Origin: a virus
Lineage: Duplodnaviria; Caudoviricetes
Virus record (IMG/VR): IMGVR_UViG_3300009172_000887
Span: 1-26,247 of that record
Direction: 5' to 3' (one strand)
Length of the DNA stretch: 26,247 bases
Made by a program: the position numbers and the translations under genes. Below are positions 20,101 through 26,246 of the stretch, in pieces (within the stretch, counting starts at the first letter, position 1; each line of letters starts with the position of its first letter). The notes beneath the pieces were generated by a model. The model did no database searches and was not told where the DNA came from. It saw nothing but the letters and a program-made list of their open reading frames with translations.

Positions 20101-23010
20101 ATGGGTTACGATAGCTTTAGAGTTACAGAGCTTGACCCAATAACTAATACTCCACAGGATGCTATGCTTGTCTTTGACAGCACACAGGTTAAGCATGTAG
20201 ACGCAGACGGTTTTGATAGCGACATGCCAAATATGTACGCAGACAAGATTGGAACTATGCAACATGGAACTCTGTCTGGCAAAATCATGGAAGAGCAAAT
20301 CGACTTTGGCAGAAACATAGACCCCGGTGACATGGTGGGTGTCGGTGTTGAGGCACAACGTCTTGGTGTACCTGATGCACTTCAGGGATTTATCAGACGT
20401 TCTCTTAGAAAAGAAGAGCCAACTGTTGATGACTTCGAGGCAATCCAACGTCACAGTGGACAAGGTAAGGGTGGCAACTGGATTAGAGAAAACTCAGTAC
20501 ATCTAAGACGAATAGGTGCTAAGTGGTTTGCTAACATTGTTAAGCCAGAAGGCGGAGCAGGTATCTTCCAAAAGATAAATGCTGACATGTCTAAGAAAGT
20601 AGGACCATTAATGAACGCACTGCGTATGTTGCCCGATGCACAAGGGGCAGGTAAGCGGTGGTTGAAGAAAAGCCAAGGGTTAGTTTACTTTGCGAATAAA
20701 AAGCTAGGTACTTCTACACAACCTGCAAGTCACGAGAGAATTATAACTGCTCTTCGTCAACAAGACTTGTCTAGATTAAGCGCACAAGAGCGTCAGGTGG
20801 CAATGCAAATCAACGAAGGGTTCAAAGCCGAACTTGCTTCCATGCAAGAGCACGGAATACCTATTGGCGACTTGAAGAAAAAGTTAGGTCAGAAATTTTA
20901 TGTGCCACAGGTGTGGGATATAGGTTTTATCAAAGACAACCCCGGCAAATTTAACGAGTTGTTAACCAAGCACTTTATGAAAGAGCAAAGACAGAATGGA
21001 TTTGATGTAAACCAAAGAGAAGCTGCGGAGATATCTCAAGAGATTATTAAGAGAATGCTTGATACAGACGGACGAATTGATGTTGATGATGTCTTGTCTA
21101 GGAGAATGTCACAATCAGGCAATCCTTTCATGCAGAGATTTATCACGCTTACTCCAGACGAAATACCAGAAATGTCTGAGTATATGGTTCGTGATTTAGA
21201 AGGAATACTGGCACGATACTTTGACAGAAGCTCTAGAACTATAGGGTTAGCACGAGAGTTTGGTGTAAGAAACCAAGCGGCGGAAGCTTACATGGAAGTG
21301 GCGGCTAACGGTACTCGTGGTGCAGTGAATATGTTAACTGGTGCAAAGACGACTACCAGAACTATGCAAGACATGGGTGCGGCAGGAGACATTCACAGCG
21401 AAATAGTTCCTAGAATTATTGACAGCCCAGACGAAGCTGAAAAAATTGTAGGCTCTATAGTAAATGTTATGGGTAGTACCAGTGCATCTAAAAATGCTAA
21501 CAAACAAAGAGCACTTAACTTATTGTTAGGGTCTATAGATGTGACACGATTAGACAAGCAACAATACAACCAGTTCAAGTTAAGAGCTAAAGCTATTGTA
21601 AATGGTCTAGCTGATTTCGATGTCCCAACTACAGGAGACAATATAAACTGGATGACTGAGTATATGAATGTGCTTAACAGGAAGCCATTGGGTTCAGACA
21701 GAGCCTATTCATATAGTAGAAAGCTAAGAACATTTAACTCTGTCACTCTATTGAGTTACACAACCCTTACTTCATTCCCAGACATAGTGTTACCGCTAGT
21801 TAGAAGTGGTCGTGTAGGTTCTTGGATGAAAGGTTGGTCACAGAGATGGCTACAAGACCCGTCATACAAGCAAGCCGCTAGAGATATTGGTGTTGGTATT
21901 GAGAACTTGATACATGACAACATGACCCACATGGCGGGAGATGGTTCACAAAAATTCACACACGCATTCTTTAATGCTACAGGTCTAACACCTTGGACTA
22001 ACATGCAGAGAGAGGTCGCCGCACTGGTTGGCTTCAACGCTATCAAAGCAGAAGCAGATGCTCTGAGACGACTATATGCTAAAGGTATTACTTCTGGCAT
22101 TAGGTTTGACAAAAGCAAAAGGTTCTTAGAACGATACGGTATGCTTGATTACGGTCAGCCAAGCGGACCTCGTCTAGATGATATACGAAAGCATACTCAA
22201 GACGACAATGTTCGTTATGCCATAATGAGGTTTACTAACGAGGCTATCTTTACGCCTGACCCTAACGATGTGCCTATGTGGGCGCAGACACCTTGGGGCA
22301 GTACGATATTCCAACTTAAATCCTTCCCAATAATGATGGGAAGAATGGCTAAAGACGTAACCTTAGAAGCTAAAAAGGGTAACATTGCCCCACTAATGCT
22401 TATGCTTACGGCAGGTTCGGGATTTGGTATGGGTGCAAATGCAGGTAAAGATTTAATCCTAGCCAGAGGCGAAGACGAAACAAGAACCCTGAGAGATAGA
22501 ACTTTAGACAAGACACCAGTAGGTAAAATATTTGAGATGGCGGGTGTAAACCTAGAAGACAGTAAGTCTATGAACACGCCTAACGAATTGTTAATGGGTG
22601 CAACACCTAATGAATTCCTTGGTTGGTGGGTCGAAGGTCTTATGGCTATGGGTGGACTTGGCTTAATAGCAGAGTTCTTCTTCAACGCTACAGAGCAAGT
22701 AGACCAAGGGGCTTACGGCAAGGTTCGTATGTTCTCAACTCTTGGAGGTCCGTCTGTGGGTATCCTGTCTGACGCTATAGACGTTAGTGCGGGTGCATTA
22801 GAAGGACTTGAAGGTGGCGAAGGACGACAGGCAGTAAGACGAGTGATAGGAAGAACACCTGTTCTTGGTGGAATTAAAGATGTTAGAGAAAGCATAGTTG
22901 ATTATGTGGCAGGAGAAGCAAAGACAAGAGGCGGAGGTGGTTCGTCTACGAGTTGGATATCAACTACTAACTGGGTCGGAATGCCACCTGCTAACACTAA
23001 GAAGAGATAA
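11101..23010 (+). CDS. Giant internal virion (ejected) polyvalent protein with two HEXXH metallopeptidase-like domains and an ADP-ribosyltransferase-like domain
   Basis: 3969 aa. N-terminal Gly/Ala hydrophobic segments. HEVGH (16717-16731) with EFFA, HEIGH (18778-18792) with EEWF. YYHGT...FGEGIYLT...AEDYS...GYDSF...LVFDSTQVK at 19351-20193. C-terminal 'QLKSFP...GGLG...LGGPSVG' region typical of large podovirus internal proteins. Confidence 0.75.
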   Translation: MADKGFGEVGGYGVVTPNGEETRAEPGYTVFDDIEQNTGSVASGSNKDAGVLGYAAGLSKSDATAMLADTRFVQDIYDYYYEKEGRTFSNPEDAIEEFYADRSWSNLNTIGILGEASESMSNDNTQNARLARLQTVYEALPNFYEDGGTGASGFFQNAGNLLLDPVNLLGFGFGGAGAKVAARTAAQAGRNALVAGAWGGAKRGAVSEGLAGGIIEGIASGGTQTRDINIGLQEGGYSGSKFAGDIALGAGAGALLGGAFGVAGAVTPLPKWTNLKKGKIGKMTAAWRDGQAEGLALNRQAEQEELSRLADLDTPVEERDVLFSNREKELKADLENSIDQANIDPDVLSNTSVGGRTTTVDGQTVETSVPTLEQILANGVTEGKITQDIATDILQKQEALTTLSAMRNAPDLIVGLRRQADELEAGMGQKVDPENPLGNQTKITNLRRQADLTEAGYRRYLEALKGGDPAEINTAVSVFNRAANEFDADGNPTGNTPDGTETGPDFYSGEGGTSTDGPSAQRAAEGNRTQLEGDQTEALDGPEKREALTDESRKEFVELADGQGVTAVPEGPRIAPEADVELNGRITDNRRLEGEITDNLKVNEKRINSIRKKNKRGTATQEELTELSTLQADRKTMLADKKQAKTDADAAQDEFDQKVSKANRVEETSKEADTIAEETATANEVNTDDALPDIDDGIIANAGSEANTVNFLQAIDPSLTEASIRVELRQVTKGLKGTAQKNSARVKFLRKKVDEYQAKARVGEAFNQVFDGGEATALMPFGHRVFSYDLIEALLRVNISKAADEFPTDEAASLAMEASLREYNKYLDQNAVNLFTELVDGLGDDFSLSEVLNQVEENFGSRTLDILNNKMRGIETVQRSGSKKVEADSIADFSPLEREALNKTIAKLKEEKKELGYNDAFIQMFANQTIQKIRARRADGDKVFRAHSDGDVTIAPHEGSKVVQGTQVINGITYSMNKLGGTQGSLTGPKSSNKHGFTGRLVDTLKRNGEKLTGEMAAYTAMDEASLLGASHKVMVSDPVKFKQTKVTDPVTGKKVTETTGENAEAVLELRRILRDIRKLKKADEDADISEIRQALSSEGLIPNIREIDSQVTLQQIILGSPLSVEQRFPKQYLGIKEGRKRFFAYKLALNSRGDMLSRIPSKKTIDRTDIIGPRSKGEIDKKAKDIYSNKRDYEKIDGVVYQKVEVSPGDLREKTGGTQDYEGGDQVFVDPVSNRFFLTRQDAPMPSEAVDSPQALIMDINNAVQRLIKSTEVEVKGDAIANKASPEYKAAKLVNEIKRASDDARLEEAKGTAFSKSMAQSHRRTAKKLKKELRELDPQAWSNRKWVKKGIANLERGADEGIVPDKQTAMKDLETTFDTKVTPEDKAVGRAVADKQTHSEALDGLKNDLIKDATARFESHKDTSLLIREITDIENRMATMSKEAPTTKPKGKAKPMVIEHKGVEVDLNNHFTMVGKPEGTRKIKFMGKVVGRVVKEGDDFEIHTDDIDQIVVLDNEYEIKREFLKVFDKRIKLALEDGALKASDLAPEGSGKSFHNPNHKETNTYRNHVEEPDDTPLDVVDEGEEILNPSVQRTMQEFADDIPQGRSLSIGLKSGQFEGRVRHASLKQYADNNSISSVLGKQVNESFTVGHTDPSLKGKARDASFVAIDGAEFSPAPNSVKPTSTGKQNRLIDDPDIEDPLTQPISFDRIKSMEIDQSQIPEMFGSKPLRGVFKYVGEVVEELQNFENMAWNSPHFKTKNDYMGYIKYMEVLNDIIHYHAPHGVKYNNASRHASMQQISLIMRERPVGELNAVMSVLRNISGADSSMPRFRDDPTGYTFLPGSADSNVANTIGVGSAADGSMNTPDFQKVIHEVGHWAYANILTPQEKSRFWERMGDYITDDGVELGKLKERLPGTANNELHSPAEFFAQQFSQFAISRGKAGTPQELMSLWTRVAQKVMSVMERFFLPEKNFVDPKLVPLFERILPDRDFTKNKFKSGIDKFANAKGTRSKYAMDKLGHWETIRNNIEEAIESGDPSRIRSALDGSSYGSGDSFVQEAIAYKGTDGSKTYRNSKGVKKARVRLLDSGSKLGETAEGLPVYKYMNSFHLRNKILRHMREIQQFNKMYPDETRASALTPEMMETIVDRTTSPDEAMRQAEIAAIAKSAADGDLDGIPDVDALGYNDPIADMALSRTDEEASELIITLANRSLNLINEVQVELRRQVGRNFPKTNAGEGLRVSPEGKIVGTKNPVSERFKKQAVKKQKQLSENAESIVADLTKKADNFMDEVLKGKTTAALNNPTGRQFTSVNEMSIPEIIQELSQTTSQSSRTRDLNQGLLNKVNTAPEVNVEGVQFSERDIARVTVGEGKQLAETPADFHKAIMDAKIKGNDRDMALATLGLKRLFQETPDVLPKTSMVNRALDIEIKQTKGSGEDNGIPNGAKSDVKELLRKITHRDKKVEANARLLTYRMMNLMGKTQQDATSNANFLSVEDVSKLFGEKAPDGAYGVFQHATDGVQFNQLRKTARKLGMSLKKGKSGTDFIGIRPNTKGQEYTAVHEIGHMLVRGSFDDNRRQVINQMYEASLRAGDKRASQIADRFSNYRNEQLSVEGVNERLAEEWFVDGFANYLGNRIAKKDMFGNVRLKNRLETMVDGLIEQVMYVVNGIMGNKKLRQQYRYLTFGGDMMANKSALKTPVRNAVRNTGMYSMTNDAAPKYARETIDNYSPERDIAAREFVGAREHENLMEFVYYHGTPNGGAFERAANADVQVEPSSTEALFGEGIYLTKVNALAEDYSYAGHRASLRAMIDGEALSVARKNLSYEYADGIARNREEIANVLTEMDGTSYRNVTRRRAEEINKGNEQGVAGDPAFELLKMQKRLEVLYQQEKKLWTLFEGTSGVKKQPKVLPLLVRAEDTFNFDANTFYSIGGSDNNISWLIAEMGDKNFFPQKVGVSVIEELRSNGEFAGDDLYEIIIENLKRSGTSDEEAKMALTSFMRDMGYDSFRVTELDPITNTPQDAMLVFDSTQVKHVDADGFDSDMPNMYADKIGTMQHGTLSGKIMEEQIDFGRNIDPGDMVGVGVEAQRLGVPDALQGFIRRSLRKEEPTVDDFEAIQRHSGQGKGGNWIRENSVHLRRIGAKWFANIVKPEGGAGIFQKINADMSKKVGPLMNALRMLPDAQGAGKRWLKKSQGLVYFANKKLGTSTQPASHERIITALRQQDLSRLSAQERQVAMQINEGFKAELASMQEHGIPIGDLKKKLGQKFYVPQVWDIGFIKDNPGKFNELLTKHFMKEQRQNGFDVNQREAAEISQEIIKRMLDTDGRIDVDDVLSRRMSQSGNPFMQRFITLTPDEIPEMSEYMVRDLEGILARYFDRSSRTIGLAREFGVRNQAAEAYMEVAANGTRGAVNMLTGAKTTTRTMQDMGAAGDIHSEIVPRIIDSPDEAEKIVGSIVNVMGSTSASKNANKQRALNLLLGSIDVTRLDKQQYNQFKLRAKAIVNGLADFDVPTTGDNINWMTEYMNVLNRKPLGSDRAYSYSRKLRTFNSVTLLSYTTLTSFPDIVLPLVRSGRVGSWMKGWSQRWLQDPSYKQAARDIGVGIENLIHDNMTHMAGDGSQKFTHAFFNATGLTPWTNMQREVAALVGFNAIKAEADALRRLYAKGITSGIRFDKSKRFLERYGMLDYGQPSGPRLDDIRKHTQDDNVRYAIMRFTNEAIFTPDPNDVPMWAQTPWGSTIFQLKSFPIMMGRMAKDVTLEAKKGNIAPLMLMLTAGSGFGMGANAGKDLILARGEDETRTLRDRTLDKTPVGKIFEMAGVNLEDSKSMNTPNELLMGATPNEFLGWWVEGLMAMGGLGLIAEFFFNATEQVDQGAYGKVRMFSTLGGPSVGILSDAIDVSAGALEGLEGGEGRQAVRRVIGRTPVLGGIKDVRESIVDYVAGEAKTRGGGGSSTSWISTTNWVGMPPANTKKR
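22822..22848 (+). promoter_or_regulatory. Candidate phage promoter, copy 3 (GGACGA-N15-GTGATA)
   Basis: Same spacing as copies 1 and 2 but a weaker 3' half. About 170 nt upstream of ATG 23020, inside the giant gene. Confidence 0.35.
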
Positions 23011-23019
23011 GGATATGGC

Positions 23020-23484
23020 ATGGTTGTCGGGGAAATATTAACGGGAATAGCCCTAGTCAACAGCGCAGCGAAGTCAATCAAGGAACTGTGTAGTAATGCT
23101 AGAGACGTAAGTTCTCTAGGAAGTTACATAGACGAGTTGTTTGAAGGGCAGAAACAAGTCAATAGGAATAAGTCGTCTGCGTCTAATGATGTATTCAGTG
23201 TAAAAAATATAGCTGAAGAAACCATAAACGCTAAACTAGCACAGGAGGCTATGGACGAATTAAGAACTATGGTTGATATGAGGTTCGGGTTCGGAACTTG
23301 GACAGGAATAATTAATGAAAGAGCCAGAAGACTACAAGAACAAAAAGAACATCAGGCACAGCTAAGAAAGGAAAGACGATTGGCTAGAGAAGAAAACATG
23401 GAAACCTTAAAGATGATTGGAATAGTTTTGCTATCAAGCATCGGGGCTGTGGTGGCTATAGTTATAGCCTTCAAGGTGTTTTAA
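23020..23484 (+). CDS. Hypothetical protein with coiled coil and C-terminal transmembrane helix
   Basis: 154 aa with AGGA RBS. Charged coiled-coil stretch followed by 'MIGIVLLSSIGAVVAIVIAF'. Confidence 0.7.
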   Translation: MVVGEILTGIALVNSAAKSIKELCSNARDVSSLGSYIDELFEGQKQVNRNKSSASNDVFSVKNIAEETINAKLAQEAMDELRTMVDMRFGFGTWTGIINERARRLQEQKEHQAQLRKERRLAREENMETLKMIGIVLLSSIGAVVAIVIAFKVF

Positions 23485-23691
23485 ATGTTTGTTCTGGTTG
23501 TACTCGCTTGTTCAATTAGCTCTCCAGATTACTGTATTAAATTTGAGGACACTAGAGGTCCGTATGTTACCGAGAAACAATGTCATACTCGTGCCTATGA
23601 AATGGGTCGTAGTATTTTTGAAATGGGTGGACCAGACCTTCGACCTATTAGCTTTAATTGTAAGAAGCTACAGAAGGGAAGGCTTACTTAG
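23485..23691 (+). CDS. Small Cys-containing hypothetical protein
   Basis: 68 aa with four Cys and a hydrophobic N-terminus. ATG immediately follows the upstream TAA; AAGGTG lies upstream. Confidence 0.65.
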   Translation: MFVLVVLACSISSPDYCIKFEDTRGPYVTEKQCHTRAYEMGRSIFEMGGPDLRPISFNCKKLQKGRLT

Positions 23692-23704
23692 GAGTTGATA
23701 ACCA

Positions 23705-23953
23705 ATGGATTTTCTACAAGCTTACTGGCATCAAATAATCTTTGCTTTAGGTATGGTTGTAGTGTCTGTCCGCTTGGACAGCGAAGTAAAGTCCCTAAGA
23801 AAAGACCTAACCCACATGACAAAAGAGTTGCAGAGGCGAGATACATATGTGGAAACCGTTAGGCAAGGATGTGAACTACAGCAAGTACAAAAGAATGTGT
23901 CGTCTCTTTGGGATTTTGTTAACAGATTGAATGACCGAGATATAAATAAATAG
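23705..23953 (+). CDS. Small membrane protein with N-terminal TM and coiled coil (possible lysis accessory)
   Basis: 82 aa with AGGAG RBS. 'YWHQIIFALGMVVVSV' hydrophobic helix followed by heptad-like repeats. Confidence 0.6.
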   Translation: MDFLQAYWHQIIFALGMVVVSVRLDSEVKSLRKDLTHMTKELQRRDTYVETVRQGCELQQVQKNVSSLWDFVNRLNDRDINK

Positions 23954-24397
23954 TTAGAGTAAGAACAAATCTCTCTCACTTTTCCTACGTCTAACCAAAC
24001 CCTTCAACACCCGACCACCTGCCTTACGCCACTTAGGTAGTTCGTCTGCGGCATCCTCATACCATCCACGATTTAGTTTCATGCGCAATGTACTACGCTG
24101 AAAATTACCAGAGCCTACGTTATATATAAAAGAAGTCAGTGAAGCGTACATGTTTTCAGTAAGTTCTGCGGTAACAAGCTTGGCTATCGCATGGTCTGTG
24201 TGCCTAATCTCCCTAAGAAGTAGCTTCTCTGCGTAACTCTCAGAGATATCTGATTGGGTTTTTTTGATTGCCTTACCCTTGTCATCCCAAGTTGAACCCC
24301 AACCGATAGTGAAACGCCCGGCAGGACAGCAATACACAGACGAAGAGTAACCCTCGTAGTGCTTGATTATATTAAGTCCTGCCTCGTTTACTTTCAT
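23954..24397 (-). CDS. Endolysin, GH24 (T4-lysozyme fold, RrrD-like)
   Basis: E15-x8-C24-x5-T30 catalytic pattern (HYEG...YCCPAGRFTIGWG), 'SFIYNVGSGNFQRSTL' and 'W.KAGGRVLKGLVRRR..E'. No N-terminal SAR domain. ATGA overlap with the holin. Confidence 0.93.
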   Translation of the reverse strand: MKVNEAGLNIIKHYEGYSSSVYCCPAGRFTIGWGSTWDDKGKAIKKTQSDISESYAEKLLLREIRHTDHAIAKLVTAELTENMYASLTSFIYNVGSGNFQRSTLRMKLNRGWYEDAADELPKWRKAGGRVLKGLVRRRKSERDLFLL

Positions 24398-24831
24398 TTG
24401 CGATTAAAACTTCTCTGTCCAAACCAGAAAGAAACCACAGCCGCCCATACAGCTTGAATTTCATTCGACCAAATTAATGAGTAGGTAGCAGTGTCGATTG
24501 CATCATTGGCAACCATCACTGTTAAAATCATAAACTCTATGAACAACAGGTACGTCATTACAGGGCGTACAGACGAAGATAAGTTGATAACCCATGTGCT
24601 ACCCTTCTTAGTTATCTGTGCATGTTCTTTATGTAATGCTTCTGTTTCACGGATGTCCGCATCTACATTCATAAACTGTAGCTTCTGCTCTCCGAGTTTG
24701 ATTTGTTGTTCTAGTTGTTTGTCCATGAGCTTCAACTCATGTGCTTGGTCACGCTTCTCTTCAAAGAACCCAAGAAGTTTGGGAAGAAAAGAAGTACCGA
24801 AACCAAGTAAAGAACCAATAAGACTTAGCAT
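24394..24831 (-). CDS. Holin, GTA 3-TM holin-like
   Basis: 145 aa. 'SSSVRPVMTY' and C-terminal 'VVSFWFGQRS' match the GTA_holin_3TM family pattern. Directly upstream of the endolysin. Confidence 0.8.
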   Translation of the reverse strand: MLSLIGSLLGFGTSFLPKLLGFFEEKRDQAHELKLMDKQLEQQIKLGEQKLQFMNVDADIRETEALHKEHAQITKKGSTWVINLSSSVRPVMTYLLFIEFMILTVMVANDAIDTATYSLIWSNEIQAVWAAVVSFWFGQRSFNRK

Positions 24832-24832
24832 A

Positions 24833-26143
24833 TTATTTTACCTCCACTTGTGAAAACAGTGGTGCGTCTCCAGTTAATCTATCTTTAGCTATTTTAACAT
24901 AGTCTTTATTCAACTCAACCACCGTTGCATTTAATCCAAGTCGGTCTGACACTAGCCCTGTTGTACCAGAACCTCCGAATGGGTCAATGACTTGACCGAC
25001 ATTTGTATCATTTGTATCACAATTACACACCTTCTGTAGTCCTATGAGCCTTTTTTGTTTAACCATAGGAGTGCCATCAGCTTTGAAGTTACCGCTGTGT
25101 CCTTTGAAAGATGTGCCTCCACCACCCATAGAGCTATCAAAATGTTTCGTCTGTGACGGCTGCCGTTGAGCTGCCGGGTCAGGGTTTTCTTCTACTATTT
25201 CAAATTGTTTCTCATATGCAGTACCGCATTTTGCACATACTTGTTCTGGACAACCCGCTTTTATACAAGGTTCTATAAGCTCTGGCGGGAACACGGCAAA
25301 ATGTGCCTCCTTAAAAGTAGCAGGACGAACTGACCAGACGGACCTTTTATTACGTCTGTCATATTCTTTATGGTCGCCTCCAAAATTATTCTGCTCATAC
25401 CTAGCTGTCGAACCACCACGCATAACACCTTGGTAATTAGCTTCTTCACTAATCGCATGGTTATCAAAGTGGTACTTAGGGCTTTTCGTTAATAGAAAGA
25501 TATACTCATGTGCCTTAGTGCATCTGTCTTGCACACTTTCTGGCATGGGATTTGGCTTATGCCATATAATATCTTGGCGTAGATACCAACCATCAGCCTG
25601 TAAAGCCAAGGCAACACGCCAAGGTATCCCAATCAAATCCTTTGGCTTCAAACCATTAGGGACTATCTTGCTGTGTACCTTTTCCATGTTGTGATGTTCT
25701 CCGTTCAAAGACGAAGATGGTCCTTTACCGCTACCAGAGTAACTGTCGCCAAGGTTTAACCAAAGCGTACCGTCATCTCTAAGCACTCTCCATATTTCTC
25801 GGAAGACAATAACCATATTCTCGACAAACTCTTCTGGCGTTTCCTCTAATCCAATCTGTTTGTCTACACGAATAGCACCACATTTAGGGCATTCGGTTTT
25901 GTATATGGCATCTCCAACAACATCGCCATGTTCGTGCATGGCTTGGTGTCCTGTAGTTGTAGGCACTGTCTTGCCTATCTTAGTTGTTCTTTTGTGTGGG
26001 CAGTTAGGGTCTCCACCAACCCAAGTTCCAGTACCGTAGTCTCTTAGACCAAAGTAAGGCGGAGATGTTACGCATGTATAGAAGCTTTTTTCTGGTAAAG
26101 TTTTAAGGACATCTCTGCAATCCCCATTTTTAATTGTAATCAT
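24833..26143 (-). CDS. Site-specific DNA amino-methyltransferase (N6_N4_Mtase, beta class; SPPY suggests m4C)
   Basis: N-terminal catalytic motif TSPPY, 'RVLRDDGTLWLNLGD', 'IIWHKPN', 'HFAVFP', and C-terminal SAM motif DPFGGSGTT. GAGGA RBS. Confidence 0.93.
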   Translation of the reverse strand: MITIKNGDCRDVLKTLPEKSFYTCVTSPPYFGLRDYGTGTWVGGDPNCPHKRTTKIGKTVPTTTGHQAMHEHGDVVGDAIYKTECPKCGAIRVDKQIGLEETPEEFVENMVIVFREIWRVLRDDGTLWLNLGDSYSGSGKGPSSSLNGEHHNMEKVHSKIVPNGLKPKDLIGIPWRVALALQADGWYLRQDIIWHKPNPMPESVQDRCTKAHEYIFLLTKSPKYHFDNHAISEEANYQGVMRGGSTARYEQNNFGGDHKEYDRRNKRSVWSVRPATFKEAHFAVFPPELIEPCIKAGCPEQVCAKCGTAYEKQFEIVEENPDPAAQRQPSQTKHFDSSMGGGGTSFKGHSGNFKADGTPMVKQKRLIGLQKVCNCDTNDTNVGQVIDPFGGSGTTGLVSDRLGLNATVVELNKDYVKIAKDRLTGDAPLFSQVEVK

Positions 26144-26159
26144 AATATTATCCTCAGTG

Positions 26160-26246
26160 TTATCTTGTGTTAGTTAATCTAATAATCTCCTCAATTTTAT
26201 TTATCAGGTTGGATTGAGTTCCATCATTGTCTACGGTGTGTTCACC
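26160..26246 (-). CDS. C-terminal end of an upstream gene, possibly a phage dNMP kinase
   Basis: Open frame GEHTVDNDGTQSNLINKIEEIIRLTNTR* runs off the window. 'V.NDGT...L..KI..II' resembles NMP/dNMP kinase C-termini, but only 28 aa are visible. Confidence 0.4.
   Translation of the reverse strand, partial: GEHTVDNDGTQSNLINKIEEIIRLTNTR

Noticed and set aside
1402-22895. Many short - strand ORFs and alternate-frame ORFs (e.g. 15066-15689, 22215-22685, 5520-5846, 6638-6871)
   Set aside because: All are nested in long + strand genes, most have non-ATG starts, and none has a recognisable motif. They are best explained as codon-bias shadows.
11101-23010. Giant protein as N4-like virion RNA polymerase or DarB-like methylase-helicase
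   Set aside because: Size is comparable, but I could not identify RNA polymerase, Walker A/DExx helicase or NPPY/F motifs.
23485-23511. VLAC as a lipobox (o-spanin)
   Set aside because: Only 8 residues precede the Cys and there is no basic n-region. The Cys more likely belongs to the 4-Cys pattern.
23489-23698. Alternate-frame ORF overlapping the 68-aa gene (Rz/Rz1-like nesting?)
   Set aside because: TTG start, no Cys or lipobox, and the 23485 frame has the better start context.
23930-23980. Bidirectional terminator at the convergent junction
   Set aside because: AT-rich, but no GC stem-loop with a U tract is visible.
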